Below are positions 16,385 through 25,184 of a stretch of 64,000 nucleotides of DNA, in pieces (the stretch's first letter is position 1; each line of letters opens with the position of its first letter). The stretch comes from Myxococcales bacterium. Its GTDB lineage: Bacteria > Myxococcota_A > Polyangia > JAHFDS01. The notes beneath the pieces were generated by a model. That model saw only the letters and a list, made by a program, of their open reading frames with translations. It did not search any database and was not told the origin of the DNA. The stretch lies in assembly GCA_023248855.1 (NCBI GenBank), contig JAHFDS010000004.1, positions 27,876 to 91,875 on the forward strand, in the 5' to 3' direction. The position numbers were made by a program, and so were the translations under genes.

Positions 16385-17539
16385 CTATGCGCGTAGCTGG
16401 ACGGAGAGCGGGACGCGCGCGGCCCGAGTGGCGGGCCACAATCCCCCAAGGACCCCGATCAGGAAGGCGAAGACCATTGCGGAGGCGAGGACGGCCGCGG
16501 TGACCCTGGGCTGGAAAGCGACCGTCGAGAAGGTCCAGAGGTTGGCCATCGACATCGACTGTGAGGTGATGGGCAGCGCCATCAGGCAGCCCAGGGCGCC
16601 GGCCGGCAGGGCCAGGCAGAGTGCCTCGGTCACGAATGTCGCGGCGATGCTCGCCTGGGGGAACCCGAGGGCCCGCAATGCGGCCACCTCGCGCGTGCGG
16701 CCCGCCAGCGACGCCATCATCGTGTTCAGGGCACCGAAGATCGCCCCGAGGCCCATGAGGAAGGCCACGATCCCCGTGACGACCCGCAGCGGCTCGGCGC
16801 TGCCGGCCTGGCTCCGGTAGTAGGCGCTCTCGAGCTGCGCGTGCAACGCGAAGCGGCGGTCGCTCTCGATGCGCCCGATCAGGGCCTCCGCCGAGGCACC
16901 TGTCGCAAGCGGCAGCAGCACGGACGAAAATGCCTCCCGGCCATCGTCGTCGAGCGCACCCGCCAAGTCTGTCCAGATCTCGCTCGAGAGCGGCCCGGCC
17001 CCGTCGAACACCCCCACCACGCGCCAGGTGCGCCTGCCGAAGCGGAAGCTCCCGCCGATGAGGAGGCCCTCGACCCGTCCGACCAGCGCCTTGCCGATCA
17101 TGGCCTCGTCGCTGCCGGCCATCGGCCGCCGCCCCTCGATCACGCGCACCCGGGGGCGTGCCAGGTAGGACGCGGCCGTCACCCCCCGCATCGCCAGGGA
17201 GATCTCGCCCCCGGCAGAGAGTGGCGTGACCCAGAGAATGACCGCCTCGGGCGATGCCAGCGAATTGCCACCCTGCTGGGCGACGCCGTCGAGGTCACGC
17301 AGGCTCGCCAGTGCGTCCCGTGGCACCGAGCTCATGGATTCCGCGAGGGCGCCACGTCGCGTGACGACGACATTGCGCTCCGATCCGCTCTCCGTGAAAG
17401 TGGCTGCCAGACCCTCCGCGAGGGCCCCCATGGCGACGAAGAGCGCGACGACGAGCGCGATACCCAGCGCGGTCATGGTCACCGAGACCGGTCGCCGGGC
17501 CAGGCTGCGCAGGCTGTAGCGCAGCGGAAGCAGGATCAA
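16385..17539 (-). CDS. ABC-transporter permease, MacB/FtsX family (second of pair)
   Basis: TTG start at 17539 overlaps the upstream stop (cTTGA). M-ILLPLRYSLRSLARRPVSVTMTALGIALVVALFVAM, then a periplasmic core, then an FtsX block REVAALRALGF...TEALCLALPAGALG. Confidence 0.85.
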   Translation of the reverse strand: MILLPLRYSLRSLARRPVSVTMTALGIALVVALFVAMGALAEGLAATFTESGSERNVVVTRRGALAESMSSVPRDALASLRDLDGVAQQGGNSLASPEAVILWVTPLSAGGEISLAMRGVTAASYLARPRVRVIEGRRPMAGSDEAMIGKALVGRVEGLLIGGSFRFGRRTWRVVGVFDGAGPLSSEIWTDLAGALDDDGREAFSSVLLPLATGASAEALIGRIESDRRFALHAQLESAYYRSQAGSAEPLRVVTGIVAFLMGLGAIFGALNTMMASLAGRTREVAALRALGFPQASIAATFVTEALCLALPAGALGCLMALPITSQSMSMANLWTFSTVAFQPRVTAAVLASAMVFAFLIGVLGGLWPATRAARVPLSVQLRA

Positions 17540-18681
17540 GTCGAGTGCCTCAAGCCTTCGGCAACCCGGAGCCCGAGGACCCTCCAGGCCGGCACCACAG
17601 ACGCGGCCATCGAGACGAGGACGGATACGCACAGTCCGTAGGCCAGCGTCGTGGGCCTGACCGCAAGGCCCGACAACATCCCGATGCCGAGGGAGAAGCC
17701 CGTGCCGCCAAAGGCGGCGTAGGCGCCGCCACAACCGCCGAGCGCCCCGAGCGCCCCGAGCGTCGCTGCCTCGCCGAGGATCAACGCCACGACATGCCGC
17801 GGCTGAAAGCCGATGGCCTTGAGGAGGGCGAGCTCCCGCGTACGGTCGCGCGTGGTCATGGCGATGCTGTTGGCCACCAGCAGCAGCACGACGACCAGGA
17901 CGAGCAGGACGACGCCGGACACCATGCCCTGGATGTTCCCCATCACGCTCATGAAGCCCTCGATGAAGGCCCGCTGCGACACCGCACGGACCGGCGCCGG
18001 TGAGGTGGCGAACTCCTCGTGGATTCGCCGCGCCACGGCCGGGATATCGGCCACCGAGCGCACCTGCACGGCGAACATCGTGATGAGCCCGGTCTGGAGC
18101 CCGGCGCTGCCGAGCGCGGCCTCGAGGTACTCGCGGTGGAACACGAAGGACGCCTTGTCGGTGGCGAAGTTCGCGGCGCCGCACAGAGTCAACGTGAGAT
18201 CCACCGGCCAGACGGCTCCCGAGAGCGTGACCTGCTGGCCGATCCGCCAGCGGTGCTTCTCGATGAGCTGCGAGCCGACCAGGGCGCCGGCGCGGGTTCG
18301 CTCGAAGCACGCGAACGCCCCCGGAGCGATCACGAGCTGGTCACCCCAGATCTTGCGCGGGTCGTCGCCGTCGGTGCCCATCGAGGCGAAGCTGTCCTGC
18401 GGACCCCTCGATTGGCCGTAGGAGCCCCCATAGAAGAGGCTGCGCCCAATCCGCACGACTCCAGGAATGCGCCGGATGCGTGCCGTGTAGCGTTCCGGCA
18501 TCACATGCGCCCATCCGGACTTGTGGGTGACCACGATGAGCGGATTCTGGCCGGCGCGCTCCATCTCCCCGTCGAGCGAGGTCACGACCGCGATGAGGGA
18601 CGTGAACAGAAAGAGCGACACCGAAAGGCCGAAGGTCGTGAGCGACGTTCGCAGCGGATTGCGCCGCGCGTTCTTGACCAT
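17536..18681 (-). CDS. ABC-transporter permease, MacB/FtsX family (first of pair)
   Basis: Start at ATG 18681 (MVKNARRNPLRTSLTTFGLSVSLFLF). FtsX block RELALLKAIGFQPRHVVALILGEA. In frame with track ORF 17536..18885. Confidence 0.85.
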   Translation of the reverse strand: MVKNARRNPLRTSLTTFGLSVSLFLFTSLIAVVTSLDGEMERAGQNPLIVVTHKSGWAHVMPERYTARIRRIPGVVRIGRSLFYGGSYGQSRGPQDSFASMGTDGDDPRKIWGDQLVIAPGAFACFERTRAGALVGSQLIEKHRWRIGQQVTLSGAVWPVDLTLTLCGAANFATDKASFVFHREYLEAALGSAGLQTGLITMFAVQVRSVADIPAVARRIHEEFATSPAPVRAVSQRAFIEGFMSVMGNIQGMVSGVVLLVLVVVLLLVANSIAMTTRDRTRELALLKAIGFQPRHVVALILGEAATLGALGALGGCGGAYAAFGGTGFSLGIGMLSGLAVRPTTLAYGLCVSVLVSMAASVVPAWRVLGLRVAEGLRHST

Positions 18682-18920
18682 CAGTGAAAGCAGACCACGC
18701 AGCACTTCTCTGCCCCGCTGGTCCTGTGCGAGCGCCGTGCCAGCCGCGGTACGGGCTCCATCGGTGTCACCCGAGCGACCGACTTCTGCGTGTGCGCCGA
18801 GCATGCGGCAGATCTCGCCGATCCGCGCGCCCTCTTCGGCAACTTCCGCCGCTCGGCCGGTCGCCACGCGCCGGCCCGCCCACAATCCAGACGGCCCGCC
18901 TCTTGCCTCTCGACTCCTTG

Positions 18921-21206
18921 GTGAGCGCAGAGACGCTGGTTTCTATCCTGAAGGGGCATGCCGATCGCACACCCGAGGCTCCCTTCATCGAGCACCTGGC
19001 TTCCGGATCGACGATCTCTTATCGAGCCGCCTGGCGGACCGCCCAGCAACTGTCAATGCTCCTCGGCCGACTCGGCGTCGGCAGGAGGGCGCGCGTCGTG
19101 TTCGCGGTCCGGAATCACTGGCTCCTCCTGCCAATGCTGGTCGCCTGCAGTGGGCGCCGCGCCACCCTGGTGCCGATGGATCCGGATCTCCATCGCGACG
19201 AGCGTCGGTTCATCCTGTCGAGCTGCGCCCCGGCGCTGGTGATCACCGCGGACGCAGATTCTTTCCCCGTGGCGCCGGGCCATGCGCCCACCACCCTGAC
19301 GATCTCGCGTCTGCTGGAATCCCTCGAGGCCGAGGGCGCGGCCTCCGAAGACCTCCTCGACCCGGACCCCGGAGCTCCCGACGACGTCGTGCTCTTCATC
19401 TACACGTCCGGCACCACCGGCAGCAGCAAAGCCGCCATGCTGACCAATGCCAACCTCCTCGCCAATGCCGCGGCGCTGGTCGAGCGGTATGCGGTCGGAG
19501 ATCGGGATCGCGTCCTCTGCATCCTGCCCACGCACCACATGAACGCGATCATGATCACGGGCATCGTTCCGCTCGCGGCAGGGGCCAGCATCTGTCTCTC
19601 CGAAGCTCTGAGCTTCCGAAACGCCAAGCTCTTCTGGCGCAATGTGGCGCAGCAACGGATCACGATCTGCAGCCTCGTGCCCTCGATCATGGCGCTCCTA
19701 CTCAAGCTGTTTCCGAACGGCCCGGACGTGCCCGTCTCGGCGCTTCGCTTCGCCTTCTGCGGCGCGGCCCCGTTGCCCGCCGAGACCTGGCGACAGTTCG
19801 AGGACGTCTTCGCTCGTCCGGTCCATCAGGGGTACGGGCTGACCGAATCCACGTGCTGGGCCGTGAGCAGCCCGGTGCGAGGACCGCGCAGCCTGCACAG
19901 CGTCGGAGCGCCGCTGTCGTGCTGTGAGGTGCGGATCGGCCCGCCGGTCCGAGAGGCGGAGATCTTCCTGCTCGAACGGGACGCCCCGGCCCCGGTGGCT
20001 CCGAGCGTCCCGGGCGAGATCCTCCTGCGGGGTCCCATCGTGGGCCCCGGCTACTACAAGAACCCGCGTCTGACCCGGGAGACCACGACGGAGGACGGCT
20101 TCTTCCGGACGGGCGATCTGGGCTTCTTCGACGCCGATGGCTACTTGCACGTCATCGGGCGGATCAAGGAGATCATCATCCGGAACGGCGCGAACGTGGT
20201 CGCGGGCGACCTGGATCGCGTGCTCTTGCAACACGATGCGATCCAGGCCTGCAAGACCATCGGTATCCCGGACCCGCTCGTCGGCGAGCGGATTCACTGC
20301 GTGTGCGTGTCCGACCAGCACGGCGCGATCAAGCCGGGCACTGTGCGCGCCTGGGTTCAGGACCGGATCTCGCCCCGCCTGTGGCCCGATGCGCTCACCC
20401 TCATGGGTTATCTCCCCACCGGCGCCACCGGCAAGGTCTCGATCAACCTGCTGCGCAAGATCGTCACGGGTGAGCTGTCCGAAGAGATCCTTTCCTGCCT
20501 CTGCAGCCCGAAGTACAGGCGTGCCCCGCCTTCAGATCCTGACGCCACAAGAAAGGTCGTGCAGCGCTCCCTGATCCAGGGCCAGCCGATCCATTTCCTG
20601 GCCTACTGGGGCTGCGGTCCGCGCCATTCGATGGCGCCGGTCGACTTGCTGGCCCTCGAGCGATTGCGGGACCTCATCGATGGCGCGCGCCGGATCCCCG
20701 AGGCTCCTCCCCGGCTGACTCTCATCTTCACGGACGTCCACGCGAGGAACAACCGCGTCCCCGAGGAGCGGCTTCGGCGCTATTTCGAAGAGATTCGCCT
20801 GGCCGCCGAGGGCCTCGGCATGAACGCCCTGTATCTGAGCGAGATCTGGGACGAAGCAGGGCTGACGAGCTCGAGGATCCAGGCCGCAGTGTACGATCCG
20901 GACTCCGAATACGCCTGGCGAGGGCTCTCGCTCCGGGATCGCCTGGTCGATCAGGCGGGCAAGCACCTGGAGGAGAGCACGGGCGCGGAGGAGGCTGCCC
21001 GGTTCTACTACCTGGCCTGTCGGCACGAGGGTCCCCTGATTGCCAGTCGATATCCGGAGAGCCTCTTCATCACGTACAACCATCCGGATTTCGATGGCCT
21101 GTTGCCGGCGCTGCCCAAGCTCTATCTGTACTCCTACAAGATGGGAAGCTCGGCCAAACCCTGGTTTCTGGGAGCAGAAGCGGCCGACCGGCGTGCCACT
21201 GGCTGA
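18921..21206 (+). CDS. Acyl/aminoacyl-adenylate-forming enzyme (ANL, DltA/FadD-like) fused to an unassigned ~220-aa C-terminal domain
   Basis: Start taken at GTG 18921 (SAETLVSILKGHADRTPEAPFIEH), in frame with track ORF 18684... ANL cores: LFIYTSGTTGSSKAAML, YGLTEST, GEILLRGPIVGPGYY, FRTGDLGFFDADGYLHVIGRIKEIIIRNG, TGKVS. Confidence 0.8.
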   Translation: MSAETLVSILKGHADRTPEAPFIEHLASGSTISYRAAWRTAQQLSMLLGRLGVGRRARVVFAVRNHWLLLPMLVACSGRRATLVPMDPDLHRDERRFILSSCAPALVITADADSFPVAPGHAPTTLTISRLLESLEAEGAASEDLLDPDPGAPDDVVLFIYTSGTTGSSKAAMLTNANLLANAAALVERYAVGDRDRVLCILPTHHMNAIMITGIVPLAAGASICLSEALSFRNAKLFWRNVAQQRITICSLVPSIMALLLKLFPNGPDVPVSALRFAFCGAAPLPAETWRQFEDVFARPVHQGYGLTESTCWAVSSPVRGPRSLHSVGAPLSCCEVRIGPPVREAEIFLLERDAPAPVAPSVPGEILLRGPIVGPGYYKNPRLTRETTTEDGFFRTGDLGFFDADGYLHVIGRIKEIIIRNGANVVAGDLDRVLLQHDAIQACKTIGIPDPLVGERIHCVCVSDQHGAIKPGTVRAWVQDRISPRLWPDALTLMGYLPTGATGKVSINLLRKIVTGELSEEILSCLCSPKYRRAPPSDPDATRKVVQRSLIQGQPIHFLAYWGCGPRHSMAPVDLLALERLRDLIDGARRIPEAPPRLTLIFTDVHARNNRVPEERLRRYFEEIRLAAEGLGMNALYLSEIWDEAGLTSSRIQAAVYDPDSEYAWRGLSLRDRLVDQAGKHLEESTGAEEAARFYYLACRHEGPLIASRYPESLFITYNHPDFDGLLPALPKLYLYSYKMGSSAKPWFLGAEAADRRATG
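20548..21206 (+). other. Unassigned C-terminal domain of the ANL fusion protein
   Basis: Sequence: QPIHFLAYWGCGPRHSMAPVDLLALERLRDLI...RLTLIFTDVHARNNRVPEERLRRYFEEIRL...FYYLACRHEG...LFITYNHPDFDG...KLYLYSYKMGSSAKPWF. Composition is coding-like. I recognise no family with confidence. Confidence 0.5.
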
Positions 21207-21251
21207 CGCCCCGCGAAGCGCCGCATCGACGATGAGCCCCGGGAGGTCGAT

Positions 21252-21515
21252 ATGCAGCGGGTGACGATCCTGACGACGGTGAACGAGGTCCTTCGGCGCG
21301 AGCTCCCGAGCCTTGGCGACACGGAGCTCGTGCAGGACACGCCTTTGCTGTCCACGGGCCTGCTCGATTCGTTCGCCATGGTGACCCTGCTGGCGGCGCT
21401 CGAGCAGGCCTTCGCGATCAGCCTGGACGTGGAGCGCATCTCGCTCGGGCAGCTCGAGACACCGAGCGCGATTGCCGATCTCTGTCGAGACGCGCTCTCG
21501 TTCCAGCCAGGATGA
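21252..21515 (+). CDS. Stand-alone carrier protein (DltC/ACP-like)
   Basis: 87 aa with gggagg upstream. Phosphopantetheine-site pattern TGLLDSFAMVTLLAALE. Confidence 0.8.
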   Translation: MQRVTILTTVNEVLRRELPSLGDTELVQDTPLLSTGLLDSFAMVTLLAALEQAFAISLDVERISLGQLETPSAIADLCRDALSFQPG

Positions 21516-24436
21516 TGGAAACTCATGTCGAGCCATGCTGGCCCGATCCGTTGGTGCAGCGCCTGGCTCTTCACGCGCGTGCGCGCCCGGACCGGCCCGC
21601 TTTGATCTTCCCGTCGCCGACCGGCGCGACGGTGGTGCTCGGCTGGCGTGAGCTCTTCGAGACCGTCCGTAAGCTGGGCGCCCATCTCGCTTGCGCCGGA
21701 GTCGCTCCCGGCGAGGCCGTCGCGGTCCTGTCCTCGTCGCAGCGCGAGCAGATCCTCGGGTTTCTGGCGGTGCTGGCCTGTGGCGGTGTGCCCACCATCC
21801 TCTCGCATCCCTCGATCAAGCAGAGCGCCGCCCAATTCCTGGACACGTTCCGTCACGTCCTCTCGAGCGGTGGCATTGGCTGGCTATTGCACGGAAGCGA
21901 CGGGGTCGGCAATATTCGAGGCGAATCGCAGAGCGGCGGCGCGCCGGCAGCCCGCTCGATCGAGTTTCCGGATGTGGCCTCGCTCACCGAGCGAGCCGAG
22001 CCAAGACCGATGGTCCCCGATCGACCGATGTTCCTCCAGTTCTCGTCGGGAACGACGGGGCTCCGGAAGGGGATCGCGATCAGTGGGGCAGCCTACCAGG
22101 CCCACGTGAGCGCCTATTCGACGCTGCTCGAGCTCCGGCCCGACCGTGACGTGGTGGCGAGCTGGCTTCCCCTTTACCATGACATGGGCCTCATAGCCGC
22201 CTTCCTGGTCCAGATCGATTGCGGTGTAACGTCGGTTCACATCTCACCCTTCGACTGGCTCAGCCGGCCGGTCTGGCTGTTTCGGCTCGCCACGCACCAT
22301 CGCGCGACCTTCCTCTGGATGCCGAACTTCGCCTTTCAGCTCTGCGCGGCGCGGATCTCGAGCGACGACCTGGCCCACGACGTCGATCTGCGGGACGTCA
22401 GAGGCTTCATCAGCGCAGGCGAGCCGGTGCGCGATCTGGCCCTGACGAGCTTCTGCGCCCGGATGGCGCCTGTGGGCGTGCGGCCCGATCAACTGCAAGT
22501 CTCCTATGGCATGGCCGAGAACGTCTTCGCGATCACGCAGACGCCGCTCGGCAGGGAGCCGGTACTCGACGTGGTGGAGCGGGAGCCGCTCCAGCGCGCG
22601 CGGCTCGCCATGATAGCGGCCCCCGGCAAGACGACCATCACCTACGTCTCGTGCGGCCAGGCAATCGCGGGCACGTCCGTCCGGATCTCGGGCACTACCG
22701 TCGAGCGGGTCGTGGGCGAGATCGAGATCAAGGGCGACAGTCTCTTCGACGGCTACTGGAGACGAGACAGGTCGGTCGACCAGGATGGCTGGTTTGCGAC
22801 GGGCGACCTCGGATACCTGGCCGACGGCGAGCTCTACGTCACCGGCCGCGCCAAGGACCTCATCATTCACAATGGGGTCAACCTGCCTCCCAATGAGATC
22901 GAGGAGGTCATCGAGCAGGTCGCCGGCGTCAAGGTCGGACGTGTCGTCGTCTTCGGCGTCTTCAACGAGGGAGCTGGCACCGAGGACGTCGTCGCGATGC
23001 TGGAGGTCACCGACGACGCCCCCTGTGCAAGAGACGTCAAGCGTGCGGTGCGCGAACAGGTGCAGCTGCAACTCGGGCTGTCTCTTTCGGAGGTGGCCGT
23101 GTGGGGGCCAGGGGCACTAGCCAAGAGCACGTCCGGCAAGCTCTCGCGGGCTCGCAACCGCGAGCTCCTTCTCGAGCATCGCGCAAGCCTCGCGACCCAG
23201 CGGGCCGAAGAGGCCCCCGCCGGCCCCACGAGTCCCACCGAGGCCCGGCTCGTGCAGCTATGGGAGGCTGCTCTCGCCGGCAGGTATCCGGGACAGCGGA
23301 TCGGCATCCGAGATCTGCTCTTCTCGGAGCTCGGCGCAGACTCGCTTGCTGCGATGGAGGTGCTGGCGGGCATCCAGACGCATCTCGGCAGGGACCTCAG
23401 CCCGGCCCTGTTGTTCCAGCACGAGACCATCGAGGCCCAGGCGTCCCTGATCCAGGGCCGCGCGAAGCCGAGCCCATTGCTGGTCACGATGCGGCGGGGC
23501 CAGGCCGGCCGCAGCCTGTTTCTGGTGCACGACGCGAGTGGCGATACGCTGTCCTACCTCCCGCTCGCTCGACACATCCCGAACGGCTGGTCGATTCACG
23601 CGCTCCAGAACCCGCATGCGTTCGGGCGCGACGGCATGTACGACAGTGTGCAGTCGATGGCCGCGGACTACCTGCGCGCTCTACAAACCGTGCAGCCCAC
23701 CGGACCCTACTACCTCGGCGGTCATTCTTGCGGTGGCACGATCGCGTACGAGCTGGCGTCGCAGCTGGAGCGCGCGGGCCAGACCGTCGGTGCGGTCATC
23801 CTCATCGATTCGTTTCCGCCGCGATCGCCGAACCTCTTCGACGGTAGGGTCGTGCTCGAGCGCTGCCGGTCGAGGATCCAGGAACAGCTGGCCGAGCCGC
23901 CGCACCGGCGCACGCACACGAAGATAAGAGGCCTGCTCGACCGACGCCCTGAAATCCAGCTGCTCGATCTGGTGTATCTGTTCGAGGATCTGGGCACCCT
24001 CTGTGACGCCATCGAGCTGTGCCTGCCCGAGGCGGCCGGAGAGCCCTCCGTGCGGTTCCCGTCTGTGGAGGATCGCTGGAGGTCCCTTTACGGGCGCCTG
24101 ACTCCACTCCTCGTGGAGTGGGCCTGGCGACCGCGGCTCTACCGAGACAAGACGCGAGCCGCGCTCCGCAGGGCTAGCGTCGTCGCGCGCTCGCTGGTCA
24201 TCTTGACCGACTACCGGCCGGCCCGGCCCATGGAGGCGCCCGTCGTGCTGATCAAGGCCGCCGACTCGGATCAGAGCCTGGGCTGGGATGAGCACACTGT
24301 CTGGCCCATGACCGTCCACGCGGTCGAGGTGGTCGACCTCCCTGCCGCTGGGACTTCGCACACGCACATCATCACGGGCCGGAACGCGCTGGCGGTAGGC
24401 CGCACGATCGCGGCGGCGCTGGAGGCCGCGCCGTGA
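21512..24436 (+). CDS. Tri-domain FAAL-type adenylation - carrier (T) - thioesterase protein
   Basis: ATGA overlap with the carrier gene. FAAL-type cores: FSSGTTGLRKGIAIS, WLPLYHDMGLI, MPNFAFQLC, TGDLGYLADGELYVTGRAKDLIIHNGVNLPPNEIE. Carrier motif LGADSLAAME (Ser codon 23342-44). TE motifs LFLVHDASGD and GGHSCGG (Ser codon 23726-28). Confidence 0.88.
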   Translation: MMETHVEPCWPDPLVQRLALHARARPDRPALIFPSPTGATVVLGWRELFETVRKLGAHLACAGVAPGEAVAVLSSSQREQILGFLAVLACGGVPTILSHPSIKQSAAQFLDTFRHVLSSGGIGWLLHGSDGVGNIRGESQSGGAPAARSIEFPDVASLTERAEPRPMVPDRPMFLQFSSGTTGLRKGIAISGAAYQAHVSAYSTLLELRPDRDVVASWLPLYHDMGLIAAFLVQIDCGVTSVHISPFDWLSRPVWLFRLATHHRATFLWMPNFAFQLCAARISSDDLAHDVDLRDVRGFISAGEPVRDLALTSFCARMAPVGVRPDQLQVSYGMAENVFAITQTPLGREPVLDVVEREPLQRARLAMIAAPGKTTITYVSCGQAIAGTSVRISGTTVERVVGEIEIKGDSLFDGYWRRDRSVDQDGWFATGDLGYLADGELYVTGRAKDLIIHNGVNLPPNEIEEVIEQVAGVKVGRVVVFGVFNEGAGTEDVVAMLEVTDDAPCARDVKRAVREQVQLQLGLSLSEVAVWGPGALAKSTSGKLSRARNRELLLEHRASLATQRAEEAPAGPTSPTEARLVQLWEAALAGRYPGQRIGIRDLLFSELGADSLAAMEVLAGIQTHLGRDLSPALLFQHETIEAQASLIQGRAKPSPLLVTMRRGQAGRSLFLVHDASGDTLSYLPLARHIPNGWSIHALQNPHAFGRDGMYDSVQSMAADYLRALQTVQPTGPYYLGGHSCGGTIAYELASQLERAGQTVGAVILIDSFPPRSPNLFDGRVVLERCRSRIQEQLAEPPHRRTHTKIRGLLDRRPEIQLLDLVYLFEDLGTLCDAIELCLPEAAGEPSVRFPSVEDRWRSLYGRLTPLLVEWAWRPRLYRDKTRAALRRASVVARSLVILTDYRPARPMEAPVVLIKAADSDQSLGWDEHTVWPMTVHAVEVVDLPAAGTSHTHIITGRNALAVGRTIAAALEAAP

Positions 24437-25184
24437 CCACACCGATCCGCTCCAGCACCCAGGGCCGGTGCGTGTCGAGGAAGAAGTGGCCCGCGTCTAC
24501 TTCGTTGGTGGCCACGGCGGCGCTCGTCAGAGCGGCCCACGCCGCTGTATCGGAAGCAGAGACCGAGGTGTCTCGCCGTCCCGTCAGGACCGTGACGGGT
24601 ACGGAAAGCAGCGGGCCAGGCTCGTAGCGGTAGGCGGCGAGCGCCGCGAGGTCCGATCGAAGCGACGGCAGCGCGAGCGCCATCATCGCGGCATCCTGCA
24701 GCACCGCCAGAGGCGTGCCGTAGCAACGATGAAGCGCCTCGACGAGGGCTCGGTCTGGCAGGTGGTGGATGTGCGCGCCCCGCTGCGGCACCTGCGGCGC
24801 CGGTCGGGCGCCGACGACGAGGGCCTGCAACGGCGCCTGCTCGGCCTGCAGACGCCGCGCCAGCTCGAAGGCGATGAGCCCGCCCATGCTGTGGCCGTAG
24901 ATCACGAGCGGCAGCGTCGGCAGTGTGGACAGCGCGGCCGCCACACGCTCGACGATGCTACCGATGCTCGCCAACGCGGGCTCCCTCCACCGGTCCTGAC
25001 GGCCCGGAAGCTGTACGGCGCGGAGCTCGACGTGTGCAGGTAGCTTCGCCGGCCAGCTGTGGAAGACGGTGGCGCCGCCACCCGCATAGGGGACGCACAG
25101 GAGCCGGAGGCCCGGTGCGGCGGGCGGCGCACGGGTGCGCAGCCACAATGCGGCCTCGCCGTGCTCCATGCGGGCCGTCTGCAT
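24372..25184 (-). CDS. Type II (editing) thioesterase
   Basis: LLCVPYAGGGATVFHSWP..., GHSMGGLIAFE, ...DAGHFFL. Its last 65 nt overlap the 3' end of the convergent gene 21512..24436. Confidence 0.85.
   Translation of the reverse strand: MQTARMEHGEAALWLRTRAPPAAPGLRLLCVPYAGGGATVFHSWPAKLPAHVELRAVQLPGRQDRWREPALASIGSIVERVAAALSTLPTLPLVIYGHSMGGLIAFELARRLQAEQAPLQALVVGARPAPQVPQRGAHIHHLPDRALVEALHRCYGTPLAVLQDAAMMALALPSLRSDLAALAAYRYEPGPLLSVPVTVLTGRRDTSVSASDTAAWAALTSAAVATNEVDAGHFFLDTHRPWVLERIGVVTARPPAPPRSCGLPPARSGP

Noticed and set aside
24372-25184. The alpha/beta-hydrolase here as the missing OleB
   Set aside because: It has the PYAGGG...GHSMGG...GHFF signature of PKS/NRPS type II thioesterases with a Ser nucleophile. 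It does not show the Asp-nucleophile haloalkane-dehalogenase-like pattern expected of OleB.
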